64,000 nucleotides of DNA from Squalus acanthias. Its lineage: Eukaryota. Below the pieces are notes generated by a model. It was not told the DNA's origin. It saw only the letters and a list, made by a program, of their open reading frames with translations, and did not search any database. Of the stretch, positions 11,869 through 23,880 are shown piece after piece. The stretch is taken from positions 150,910,001-150,974,000 of the forward strand of contig CM059431.1 in assembly GCA_030390025.1 (NCBI GenBank). Reading direction: 5' to 3'. How positions within the stretch are numbered: the first letter of the stretch is position 1; every line of letters begins with the position of its first letter. The position numbers were made by a program, and so were the translations under genes.

Positions 11869-14414
11869 ATGGCACGGCCAATAATTCTACAGATAAAGGA
11901 CATATACTATCATTTTCTCGCAGACTTTGGTATTCTCGGTAAGTCAATGCATCTTGTTGTTTAATAGTTGTTAACGAACTCACTGTTAATGATTATGTTA
12001 CAGATTCCGTGAAGATCATTTATCTACCGGGATAATTTGGTGAATATCAGCGGGAATCCGACCAGTTTGCCCGGCCGGTTAGGCGCTATTCTGGCCGGCG
12101 GATCTTGGGCACGGGGCACTCAACTTCACTCTCTATACTGAGGGAGGGCGAGGCTGATTCCCCGGCCCCTCCAACAGTATTAAAGAATGTGTTGCTTAGT
12201 GTCCATAGCATTTATTTCATTTGTCCCGTGGTTCCCTGTCTATTTTATGCTGATAATTGCTCGGACTGCAGCTACCTCCACCCAACAGCTGAATCTTTTA
12301 TTGAATCCATATATTTCCAGTAATTGCTGCGAAATTATATTTAACCGCTGTCTGAAGTATGGTGGAAGGGAGTCGGAATTTGAGTCCCTCTATATTGAAT
12401 ATTCAGTGTTTCATTCCTTTTAAATCAATTTTTTAAGATATATATAATGACCTGGATATTGGAATACAGGGTAGAATTTTTAATTTGCCCCATGACACCA
12501 AACTGGGGGCATGGCAAACGTAGCTGCAACAGGACATAGAAAGGCTAGCAGAATGGGAAGACAAGTGGCAGATGGAATTTAATACAGAGAAGTGTGAGGT
12601 GATGCATTTTGGCAGAAGGAACAGGGAGAGGCAATATACACTCAGTGGCACAGTTTTAAGATTGTGCAGGGACAGATGGACCTGGAGTTAATGTGCATAG
12701 GTCCTGATGGTGGCGGGACATATTGAGAGAGTGGTTAACAAGAATATGGATCTTGGGCTGCATAAATAGAGGTATTGAGTACAACAGCAGAGAAGTTATG
12801 CTGAACCTTTATAAAACGCTAGTTAGGCCACAACTGGAGTATTGCTTCCAGTTCTGATCACCACACTTTAGGAAGGATGTGAAGGCCCTTGAGAGGATGC
12901 AGAGGAGAATTCCCAGAATGTTTCCGGGGATGGGGGTTCTGGCTAAAAGGACAGGTTGGAGAAGCTGGATTTTGTTTAATTAGAGCAAAGGAGGTGAGCG
13001 GTGATTTGATTATGGCGGGTATGGATAGGCTAAACGGGGAAGGCTGTTCCCAGTAGTTGATGGTAAAAAGACTAGGGGACACAAATTTAAGGTTTTGGGT
13101 AAGAGATACAGGGGGGGTGGTGAAGAAAAACTTTTTTACGCAGTGAGTGGTGAACACCTGGAATTCACTACCGACGGAAGTGGTGGAAGCGGAGACAGTC
13201 AATGTATTCAAGAGCTCACTGGATAGGCACTTGAGGGAAATAATCTTGTAGGGCTACGGGGATAGCGGCGGGTGGATGAGACTGACTGGAGTGCTCTACA
13301 GAGAGCCGGAACGCACTCGATGGGCCGAATGCCCTCCCTCTCTGCAGTAATGTCTGTATGGCTCTTTGACTCCTCAACGCTCGCCTATATGGCAAAAAAT
13401 CAATTTCGGTAACGCTAAATAGGCACACATCTGAGCATTCCCCACAATAAGCTGTGATATTTATCCTGGTGACCCTGTTACTAAACTCTTCTCCCTCTTC
13501 CTTACAGCGAACCTACTGACAATCCTGATTCTCTCCGGAGGAAATTGCGGCTTTTCCAAATGTATCTCGATTTATATGTTGGTCATGGCGACAGCAGATC
13601 TACTGGTCATCATCTTCCATATACTGGTGTTTCAGATTTTCAGTTACCACTTTCCGCATTGATTCCTGTCCTACACTGCCGTGTGTAAGGCCATTCATTA
13701 CTTCAATACCGTCACCCTGGAAATGTCGGTGTGGTTTACAGTCTTGTTTACTTTTGACCGATTTGTAACTATATGTTGTCAGAAGTTTAATACAAAGTAT
13801 TGCACAGAGAGAACTGCGGCAACTGTTTTAACAACTGTCCTTGTGCTGGCCTGTATAGAGAATATCCCCTTTGCTTTCTCCTATCAATCTCAACGAATCA
13901 TTAACAATGTTTCCTGGGGATGCCGCCCCAATGAAGCCTTTTATTCATCGCCTGCAGGCATAGCCTATTTCCGCATTCAAAGTATTTTAGTTCCATGGTT
14001 TGCTGTTGCTTCGATATTACTGTTTAATTGTTTGACAGTCAGACGCATTGTATTAAGCAGTCGGGCCCGCAGGTCACTCCGGGTCACTGCAGTGAGAATC
14101 AGAGCGATCCAGAGATGGAGAGCCGGAGGAAATCCATCATTTTACTGTTCACTGTATCGGGCAGTTTTATACTGTTGTGGTTGACATCTGTCGTGAGTAA
14201 CTTGAAGAACAGCCTGGCCGTTTACTACAAAGGTGAATATGAAACCCCTGCATACATCCTGTCTGAAAGCGGATATATGCTCATGTATTTGAGTTCCTGT
14301 ACAAACACCTGCATTTATGCAGCGACACAAACCAAATTCAGGCAAGAGTTGGTGAAGGTGGTGAAATCTCCCTGGACATTGATTCTCATATTGGTTAATA
14401 AAATGAAGAATTAA
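11869..14414 (+). pseudogene. GPR139/GPR142-like class A GPCR, gene 1, pseudogene. Exon 1 11869-11938, exon 2 13508-14414
   Basis: Exon 1 MARPIILQIKDIYYHFLADFGIL, then G/gtaagt. Acceptor cttacag/CG AAC CTA (ANLLTILILS). TM motifs MATADLL, FDRF, WGC, SSCTNTCIYAATQTKFR. In-frame TGA at 13660-13662 (Ser in gene 3) and a 1-nt deletion at ~14081-14083. Confidence 0.88.
12445..13367 (+). mobile_element. CR1 LINE 3' fragment in the intron of gene 1
   Basis: Decayed RT C-terminus (KWQMEFNTEKCEVMHFG, LYKTLVRPQLEYC) and a CR1-type terminal hairpin. Absent from the introns of genes 2 and 3. Confidence 0.88.
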
Positions 14415-15449
14415 AGCATAGCTTCCTGTCCTAACTAGAGCTCAATTAAAGCCCGTGTTCCGTTTTAGAATGGCAATCTTTACCTTGGGACAAAAGACGA
14501 TTGTTCTTGTGAAAATGAACAGGTATCAGGAAATATTATTCCCACTTTGTGCCGTGTGTTTGATGTCTGCTGCTTTCCCGGTGTGAACATAATCGATTCC
14601 CGCTAAAACAGCGCCCTTCCCGCTCAAGATTCAAGGAGAACAGTCATGACTGAGCTTCAGCAGTGAGTAGAACATGTGTGCGTCAGCGTTAACTACCTCA
14701 CACAGCAGCTACTGGAATCAGAAGCTCAGTTTATTTAACAGATAAACATTCCTTTAGTGTAGAAACAATGTGTTACAATGGTGTTTTTTTGTAATTCTGT
14801 AATCTTGGTATGAATGTTGCCAGCGCTGGACTCCCCATCAGACTCCGCCCCCCATTGTCACCTGGACCAATAGAACGGGGCTGTGTCTCCTGATCAGTGT
14901 CCAATGATGGAGACAGTAGGAACTTGACTCGTCAATGTGACATTAGACATCTTTGTTCACAGATATTTACTGAAAGTCTCAAATGGTCATCAGTTTGTTG
15001 GAATGTTATAAGAGGGGAAAAGACTGTTTAACCCAATTAGTCCTTCTCAGCGTTTACCCTCCAGCCGAGTAAATAGTTCCAATCACGTTATCCGCCCGGT
15101 CTCAACATCAATTCAACCTACTCTTGTTCACACAAATTATTCTCCAATTTTGACATAATTTCTGCCTCTATTAATTTCACAGCTTCACCACTCTCCATAT
15201 AAAGAGGAGTCTCTGACCACCCGTTTTAAATCTCTTCAATCCATTCGTTAATCCATAGCCGTTAGTCCCAGAACCTTCAAATATTGGCAGCAGTCTGCTT
15301 CTTTCTATTCTGTACCGTACCATCTTAACCTAAAGCACCTGCGCACAACTCGCCAAAACATCTCATCCTGGTAACAATTCACAATCTAGTGCAAGTCAGG
15401 TAAGTGTAGTTAAGATAGTTAATTGATTGCTTTCTCTTAGAGATGAAAG

Positions 15450-17995
15450 CGGTTTACATAGGATATACAGCACAGAAACAGACCATTCTGCCCAACCAGT
15501 CCATGTCGGCGTTTAAGCTCCATTCGAGCCTCCTTTCATCTTTCCTGATCTAACTCTATCAGCACAAACCTATATTCCCTCCTCCCTCCTATTCTTATCC
15601 AGCCTCCCTTCAAATGTGTCTATACTGTTTGTTGGAACCACTCCCTGTGGTAGCGAGGTTTACATCCTCACATTCTATTTGTAAGAACTTTCTTATCAAT
15701 TCCGTATTTGATTTATTGGTGACTATCTTACATTGATGGCCTTTAGTTTTGCTCTTCCCCACCTGAGGAAACCTTCTCTCTGAGTCTACTCTATCAAAAC
15801 CTTTTCATATTTTAAACACCTCTATTAGGTCACCTCTCAGCCTTCTCTTTTCAATAGAAAAGAGACCCAGCCTGTTCATACCTTCCTGATAGGTATATCC
15901 TCGCAGTTCTTGTATCATCCTTGTAAATATGTTTTGCACCCTCTCCAGTGCCTCTATATCTTTTTTTATAATGTGGCGACCAGAACTGTCCGCAGTTCTC
16001 CAAGGGTGGTATGATTAAGTTTCGATACAAGTTTCGCATAATTCACAACTTTTCAATTCTACCCTCTTGAAAAAAGAACAAGTGCTAGTTTTGGTTTTTT
16101 AATCCTGCGTCGCTGGTTTTAGTGATTTATGTATTTGTAATCCAAGATCGCTTTGCTTTTCTGTCCCATTTAGATTCTTATTTTCCAAATAATATGTGAC
16201 TTCCTTATTTTTCTTACCAAAATGTAATACCTCCCATTTATCTGTGTTCAAATGCATTTGCCCATTCTACAAGTTTATTAATGTCTTCTTGTAATTTGTT
16301 GCAGCCCTCCTCAGTATTGACTATCACAGCCGCACCCTTCCCCCAATTTGGTGACATCCGCCAATTTAGAAATAGTGTTTTTGATTCCAAAGTCTAAATT
16401 GTTAACATAAATTGTGAACAAATATGGTCCCAGTACTGAACATTGTGGGACCCCACTTTTTATAATCTGCCGCTCCGTATAGCTAACCTTTACCCCGACT
16501 CTCTGCTTTCTGTCTTGAAGCCAGGTAACTATCCATTCTGCTATTTGTTGCATCACTCCGCATTCTCTGATCGTTTTCATTAGTCTGTTATGTCGTACTT
16601 TATCGAAGGCTTTTTTGAAATCTCGATAAATTACGACTATTACTTTACCCTTGTCAACGCTGTCTGTTACCTTTTCAAAAAATTCAATGAGTATGATCAA
16701 ACAATACTTTCTCTTTTGAAATGCATGCTGATTAATCATTATTATATTTTTGGCTTCCAGATATTCTTCTATTTTTTCCTTCAGTAGGGATTCCTTTATT
16801 TATCCTAACAACGATGTTAAGATGACTGCTCTACAGTCCCATGGACATGTTCCATTTCCCTTCTTAAATATAAGTATTACGTTAGCTATCCACCAGTCCT
16901 TTTGAACTAAACCGTTTCCTAACGAATTATTAAACATGTGTAATAGTTTCTCTTCTGTCGCTTCCCTAGATTCCTTTCAAATGAACGAATGTAATCCGTC
17001 TGGAGCAGGGCATTTATCCTGCTTGAGTTCGATTAGTTTATTTAATAGTTCTCCTTTTTAATTTAAATGCGGTTAAATCATTTCTAATCTCATTTTCCGA
17101 TGTCACGTCCACCCTCCCTGGTAAATACTGAAGTAAAGTAATTATATAATATTTCTGGCATTTCGCTATCGCTGCCATTGATTTTATCCTGACCGTTCCT
17201 TAATGGCCGTATTCCCATCCCAAATTTTACTTTTTATTTTTGTGCCTGTAGAATATTGTATTACGTTGTTTTATGTTCTTTGCTAATTTAATCGCAAGTT
17301 CCCCTTTGCCTTCCTATTGTTTTTTTGACTTCTCTATTATCTTCGTATTCTCCCTTGCCATGATCTCCCCTGTTTTCCATTTTCTTAGTGTATGCCTCTT
17401 TCCTTATCCTCAATGTTTCCCTTATGTCTTTATTCATCCATGGCGTCTCATTAGTGTTTAGTTTGTTCATGAATTTTAGTGGAATATATTTTCATGGTCC
17501 TGCTGAATAAATGTTGCCCATTGTTGTTCTACATCATTGCTTGCCAATATTGTTGTACATTTTATTTTCCCAAGTTCTATTCTCTGCCCCTCAAAATCGC
17601 ATTTTCTCCAATCTATTACCCTGTTCGTCGTCATACTTATGTCCTTCTCAATTATTACCTGAAATCGTATTATATTATGGTCACTATTATCTAGATGCTG
17701 CCCCACTTTTACTTCTCTTATCTGCTCTGGTTCATTCCCCATTACTCGACCAAGCAGCTAATTCTCCCTTTTCGACTTCTTACCTATTGGTTTCGAAAGG
17801 AGTCCTTTACACATAGTAGGAACTCCATTCCCTTATCCCCTTTAGCTAGCTCTTCTGCCCAATTAATTTCGGGGCAGTTAAATCTCCACATGTTTTTTTT
17901 TACTAATTTCTCTCATTTATTTCCAAATGTCTTCCTTCATCTCTTCTTCCACCATTAGTAGTCTGTAGACTATCTCTAGGAGTGTGATTCATCCT
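15450..17995 (-). mobile_element. CR1 LINE, decayed ORF2 (endonuclease end, linker, RT) plus 3' tail
   Basis: ORFs 16311-16739 (DFKKAFDKV, SGVPQCSVLGP) and 17476-17742 (SDHNII). Tail at ~15455 is of the same subfamily as 31680-32250. Confidence 0.9.
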
Positions 17996-18000
17996 TCATT

Positions 18001-18875
18001 ATCCACCAGTAATGTTACAGAAGGGAGACCACAAATAATGTTAAATGAAATTCACCACCAGTAATGTTAAAGTATGATCACCACCAATAACATTAGAGTA
18101 ATGTCTGCACCACTAATGTTAGAGTATGGTCACCACCAGTAATGTTACAGTCGGGTGACCAACACTAATGTTACAGTAGGCTCACAACTAGTAATTTTAG
18201 AGTAGGGTCACTACCAGTAATGTTACATTACGATCAGCACCAGTAATGTTAGTATAGGTTCACTACCATTAATGTTAGAGTAGGCTCACCACCAGTAATT
18301 TTAGAGTAGGGTCTCCACCAGTAATGTTAGAGCCGAGTCACGACAAGTAATGTTGAAGATGATTCACCGCTAGCAGTGGTAGAGCAGCGTCACCAGCAGT
18401 AATGATAGAGAAGAGTAACCACAATAATGTTAGAGTACGGTCAGCACCAGAGATATTAGTATAGAGTCACCACCAGTAATGTTAGAGTAGGGTCACCGCC
18501 AGTAATGTTAGATTAGGATCACCACCATTAATGTTAGAGTAGAGTCAACACCACTAATGCTAGAGTAGCGTCACCAGCAGTAATGTTAGAGTAGATTCAC
18601 CGTCAGTAATGTTAGAGTAGAGTCACCACCAGTAACGTTAGAGTAGGGTCATCATCAGTAATGATAGAGTAGGGTCACCACCAGTATTGTTAGAGTAGAG
18701 TCACCACCAATAATGTTAGAACCTTTTCACCACCAGTAATTTTAGAGTAGGGTCACCAACAGTAATGTTAGAGTAGAGTCACCACCAGTAATGTTAGAGT
18801 AGAGTCACCACCAGTAATGTTACAGTACAGTCACAAGCAATAATGTTAGAACCTTTTCACCACCAGCAGTGTTAG
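18001..18875 (-). repeat. 26-bp satellite array C, reverse orientation, directly upstream of GPCR gene 2
   Basis: Tandem CCAGTAATGTTAGAGTAG(G/A)GTCACCA. About 33 monomers by length. Confidence 0.96.
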
Positions 18876-19270
18876 TGCCGATTTTTTCATCACAATGTAA
18901 AACCAATTTTAAATATGTAATGGATGAGAGAAGATTTCACCCGATTATTATCGGTCCCCAAGAACCTAACGCCTTGACCGGGAGTGGTGCTCCCTTCAGA
19001 AATCCCATCTCGGGCGCAAAGCTTACTTTCCGGTCATTAATTTTAAAGTGCGTATTTTCATGTACTGAGGGAGACAATTTCCCCATTGGCATCCCCGGTG
19101 CACTGTAGCGGAAAATATTTTGTTACGTGATTGTAAGAAACGTCAGTTATTGTGGAAGCTGATTTTCTCACGGGGCACCGAGTGTTCTATAAAGGGGGAG
19201 CATTTACGGATCTCAGATACACTCCAGTCAGAAACCTAAACCGGACAGAATTCACGCAATATTCTATAAA
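18876..19270 (+). promoter_or_regulatory. Proximal promoter/5' UTR of GPCR gene 2, TATAAA at 19188-19193
   Basis: Homologous to the gene 1 and gene 3 upstream regions. TATA lies 83 nt before the ATG. Confidence 0.7.
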
Positions 19271-21055
19271 ATGGCACGGCCAATAATTCTACAGGTAAAG
19301 GAAATTTACTGTCCTGTTCTCGCAGCCTTTGGTATTCCTGGTAAGTCAGATTATTCTGTTGCTAAATAGCTGTTGACTATCTCACTGCTAATGATTATGT
19401 AACAGATTCCGAGAATACTCTCATTGCAGAGTCACTTCTCCAGCGAGCTGAATTGCGGAATATCAGCGGGAATTCGACCAGTCAGCGCATTCTCGACCGG
19501 GCGCTCAGGATTCCTTCCTGTACTGTGGGAGGGCGAAGCTGATTCCGAGGCCCTTCCAGCAGTATATCGTTCACTACAGAATGTGTTGCTTATTGTCCAT
19601 GGTCATCATCTCATTTGTGGATTTGTTCCCTCTCTATTCTACGTTGTTCATTGCTCGGACTGCAGCCACCTCCACCCAACAGGGGGCGTTGAAAGGTATT
19701 TTAAACAAACACTGCCGCACAGGGAGCTACTCACCTCCGTTCGGCTGCAAAGAACCTCTGCGGTTCCTCCAGCTCCCGTTCTTTTCCCGAGTATTTCGGC
19801 CCGGGATGATTATAAATAGGACAATTCCAGTTTATCGATATAAATAGAATGTTTGCATTTCAGCTGATTTTTTTATTTAAGTTCATATTTTTCCAGTAAA
19901 CGCTGTGAAATTATGTTAAATATTTTTCGAGGACTGAATGACCCATGCTGGAAGAATGCTAGATTTTCAAACCCTCTAGTGTTTTTAAACAGGATGCCGT
20001 CAACGCGCGCCGATATATAAAAAAGTATAAATGTGTTTAACCCTAAGTAGGGAGACATTAGCATTCCCCCACAATATACTGTGAGATTTATCTGAGTGTC
20101 CCCGTTACTGACCACTTCTCCCTCTGTCTTACAGCGAACCTACTGAAAATCGTGATTCTCTCTGGCGGAAATTGCGGCCTTTCCAAATGTATCTCTGTCT
20201 ACATGGTGGCCATGGCAACAGCAGATCTACTGATCATGCTCACCAATGTGATAGTGTATCACACTTTTACATATCACTTTCCAGGTTGTTTCCTGTCCTA
20301 CACTGCCGTTTGTAAGTTAAATGTGTACATGAATTCTCTCACGCTAGATATGTCGGTGTGGCTTACAGTCTTGTTCACATTTGACCGATTTGTAACTGTA
20401 TGTTGTGAGAACATTAAAACAAATTATTGCAAAGTGAGAACGGCTGCCTCAGTTGTAACAGCCGGCACACTACTCTTCAATTTAAAGAACATCCCCTTTT
20501 GGTTTGCATATGAAGCTGAGCGAATAACTAACAATGTTCCGTGGGGATGTCGCTCCAGAGTGGAGTTTTTTCTATCAGCTGCAGGTACAGCGTTCTCCTG
20601 GTTACAAAGTATTTTAATTCCATGGCTTCCTTTTGCTTTGATATTACTGTTTAATTGTTTGACAGTCAGACGTATTTTAGTGGCCAGTAGAGCCCGCAGG
20701 AGTCTCCGAGGTCACAGCAGTGAGACTCAGAGCGATCCAGAGATGGAGAATCGAAGGAAATCCATTATTTTACTGTTCAGTGTATCAGTTAGTTTTATAG
20801 TGTTGTGGCTGACAGCTGCCGTGAGTTTTTTTAACTACCAGACTGAGAAACATCGAGCATTATCGAGGCGATTATGCAGCCACTGCATATGTCGCCACAG
20901 AAACCGGATATCTACTCATGTATTTGAGCTCCTGTACAAACACCTGCATTTATGCAGCGACCCAAACTAAATTCAGGGAAGAGCTGAAGAAGGTGGTGAA
21001 ATCTCCTTGGGCATTGATTCTGATTTTGGTTAAATTAAATGTAAAATCAAACTGA
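19271..21055 (+). pseudogene. GPR139/GPR142-like GPCR, gene 2. Exon 1 19271-19340, exon 2 20135-21055. A single +1 frameshift in a T7 run, so either a recent pseudogene or a sequencing error in an intact 329-aa gene
   Basis: Exon 1 MARPIILQVKEIYCPVLAAFGIP, then G/gtaagt. Acceptor cttacag/CG. Removing one T from 20826-20832 gives ...VSFLTTRLRNIEHYRGDYAATAYVATETGYLLMYLSSCTNTCIYAATQTKFREELKKVVKSPWALILILVKLNVKSN, stop TGA at 21053-21055. Confidence 0.85.
19676..19690 (+). promoter_or_regulatory. Putative CTCF core motif in the gene 2 intron
   Basis: CCAACAGGGGGCGTT against the CTCF consensus CCASYAGRKGGCRS. TGCAG lies upstream at 19661-19665. Confidence 0.45.
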
Positions 21056-21634
21056 AACTTCCTGCCCTAACTAAAGCTCAATTGCAGCCCGTGCTCCACT
21101 TTAGAATGGCCCTCGTTCGGCTCCCATGACAATGGATTGTTCGGTTTAAATAAACAGTTCCCAGGAAACATTTTCTCCACTTTCTGCCGTGTGTTTGATG
21201 TTTTCTGCTTTCCCCGCGTGAACATAATCGATTTCTCCTAAAACAGCGCCCTTCCCGCTCATGATTCAAAGGGAACAGTCATGATTGAGCTTCAGTAGTG
21301 GAGTGGAATATGTGGACGTCAGCGTTAACTGCCTCACACGGCAGGTACTGGAATGACACGCTCAGTTGAATTAACAGATAAAGCTTTATCTAGTGTAGAA
21401 ACAGTGAAGGGTTTTACAATCCTGGTTTTTTTAAGTCTTCTGTAATCTTGCGGGCGCTGATCTCCCCATCAGACTCCGATCCCATTGTCTCCTGGACCAA
21501 TAGAACGGGGCCCTGTATTCTGATCAGTGACGAATGATGGAGACAGTCGGAACCTGACACGTCAATGAGACATTAGACATCTTTGTTCACAGATACTAAC
21601 ATAAAATCTCAACTGGTCATCAATATTTTGGAAT

Positions 21635-21960
21635 GTTATAACTGGGGAATTGGCCATTCGACCCAACCAGTCGTTGCCGCCGTTCAGCCTCCACCTGAGC
21701 AAAAGGTTCGAATCACGTTCTCGACTCTGCCTCGACATGTCTTCAATCTATTTTTATTCCTGGATCTACACAATTTAATCTTGAATATTGGTATAATTTC
21801 TGCCGATGTGAATTCCACAGCCGGACGACACTCCGTGCATGGAGATATTTCTCTTACCCTCAGTTCTAAATCCCTTACATTTATTCTTTAATCTGTGGCC
21901 GTTAGTTTTTGATCCCTCAATTAATGGGAGCAGTCTGCTTGTGTCGATCCTATCCCGAAA
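21635..21960 (-). mobile_element. Old CR1 3' fragment shared with the gene 1 flank (15005-15290)
   Basis: ORF 21775-21993 (RIDTSRLLPLIEGSKTNGHRL) resembles the CR1 ORF2 end. Same position downstream of both genes. Confidence 0.6.
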
Positions 21961-23249
21961 CATAGGGACCAGGCAGGGAGCGATTCTAATCATAAGGCCC
22001 CGATCATTTGCTAGATGTCCAGAAGTGTCAGGGATGGTATTTTATGAAATGTTTCTTGCTGTAAGTTCTTGGGATATCACTTTGTGTGCAGAAGTGCCTT
22101 GTTGCATATGAAGCATCCAGCATGCGATATGCATCATGAATATGCCCTGAAGAACGGGTGCAGGACTGGGTCGGTAACGCTGACAACATGGCTACAGGAA
22201 ACGATTAATGTAACTCTGGAGAGTGAGGATATCGGTAAAAGCAATGGGTAGAGATCTGGGTCGAAGAATAGACCGAGATAGATGTATGATGCTGATGAGA
22301 TATAGTTTAATATTGGCCGTTAATACACTTACACACAAAAAGGGTTAATGTAAGCAAAATATTCAACAGACTGTCCTGACGTCTGCTAATGTTGTACTCT
22401 ATTGGTTACTCTTCACATGTCAGGACTGGTTACGACAACTTGTGGGTAAAAAGAACAAAATAACAACTCATTTTAAACTTTTTAGCCTTCATAAGGAGGT
22501 TTCCAAATCCAAGATTTGCCAGTACAACCAAGATGGTTAAAAAAGCAGAATCATCTCAAATGTCCTAAAATTCCAATTCAAATCATTAGCGTTCTAAAAA
22601 TTCAAATTGCCAATTTTAATAGATGGATGTCTCACGTCCGGAATTAGAAACCTTCCCACAATTTAAAATAATAAGCAGAATTTCAATGTGGCCAAAATGA
22701 ATGTCGGATTTTCACAATTTAATAGGTTAGTTAACCTCAATGGCTCCAGTGTAATTCAGCTCAATATTTTATTAACTAACAACAATACAGAACAGATAAA
22801 ATAATCAAAAAAGCCCATGCTTACAAATTCCCAGAAAATTACGTCATCTGTTTTCTTTTCTTCCTCAGGCGCCTTTCCAAATAACTGTAACATAACTGAA
22901 GAAAAACGTGGCTTTCACAGTTAAAGAAAACCTTTAACATTTGTATACAAAAGGGAAAGAGGGCGGAACCACATCCAGGAGCACCGAAACATTGACACAG
23001 GCTTTATAAAGAGACAGTACACTGAAATCTTGCAGCCTTTCGCGGTAGAAAAGGGACAGAATCTTTCCCTTTCACCTTCTATATTCCATCATAGAATACT
23101 TTATCCTTTTTCTCTCCAACCAGTTTTGAATTTCTGCTGTTTGCTACTTAACCGCATTTCGAATAACAGTCAATTATAACCAAGACGAACTGGTTACCTT
23201 TCCGAGTCCTGTGAAACGGACCAAAGTCATCAATCTGCAACTTGCTCTC

Positions 23250-23750
23250 TATCTACCCCATCAGTTCCCCTTAATACCTTGAAAGCTTCGATGAAATCAC
23301 CCCTTGCCGTCTAAATTCCAGGGAATACCACCGTCGTTTATTTAATCTCTCCTCGTATTTTAAACAATAGATACTGATAAATCTACGCTGCAATCCATCC
23401 AAGGCCAATATATCCTGCCTAAGGTATGGTCTAACCAGGGATTTGTATCGCTGCAGTGTAAGTTCTACCCTATTGTATTCTAGTCCTCCAGTTATAAAGG
23501 CCAGCATTCCATTAGCCTGTTTGATAATTTCTGTATCTATCCATGACATTTTAGTGACCTTTGTACAAAGACACTCAAGTCTCTTTGGACCGCAGCTGTT
23601 TCTAGCTTTTCTCCATTTAGAAAGTACTCTGTTCTATCCTTTTATGTACAAAGTGGATGAACACACGTTTGCCTCTATTGAAATCCAATTGCCACAGTTT
23701 TTGCCCATTTACTTAAACTATTAATATCTCTTTGTAATTGTGTGCTTCCA
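23250..23750 (-). mobile_element. CR1 RT C-terminal fragment
   Basis: ORF 23271-23549 (ANGMLAFI..YKSLVRPYL..YSLEFRR). Confidence 0.82.
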
Positions 23751-23880
23751 TTGATTTAAAATAAAAGTTAACTGAGGAAATCACCTAAAAAGTAATCTCA
23801 TTGTGATGAGAACAAAGCACACCCTGGCACTTGAGTGGGATCAATGTTATTTGCCACTTATCAATCCAGGCCTGAATGTC

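Noticed and set aside
12105..12423. Short ORFs with a shared IARTAATSTQQ peptide (also 19581-19847 and 59369-59608)
   Set aside because: They reflect nucleotide homology of the paralogous intron block. Starts, ends and frames are not conserved, so there is no support for a protein.
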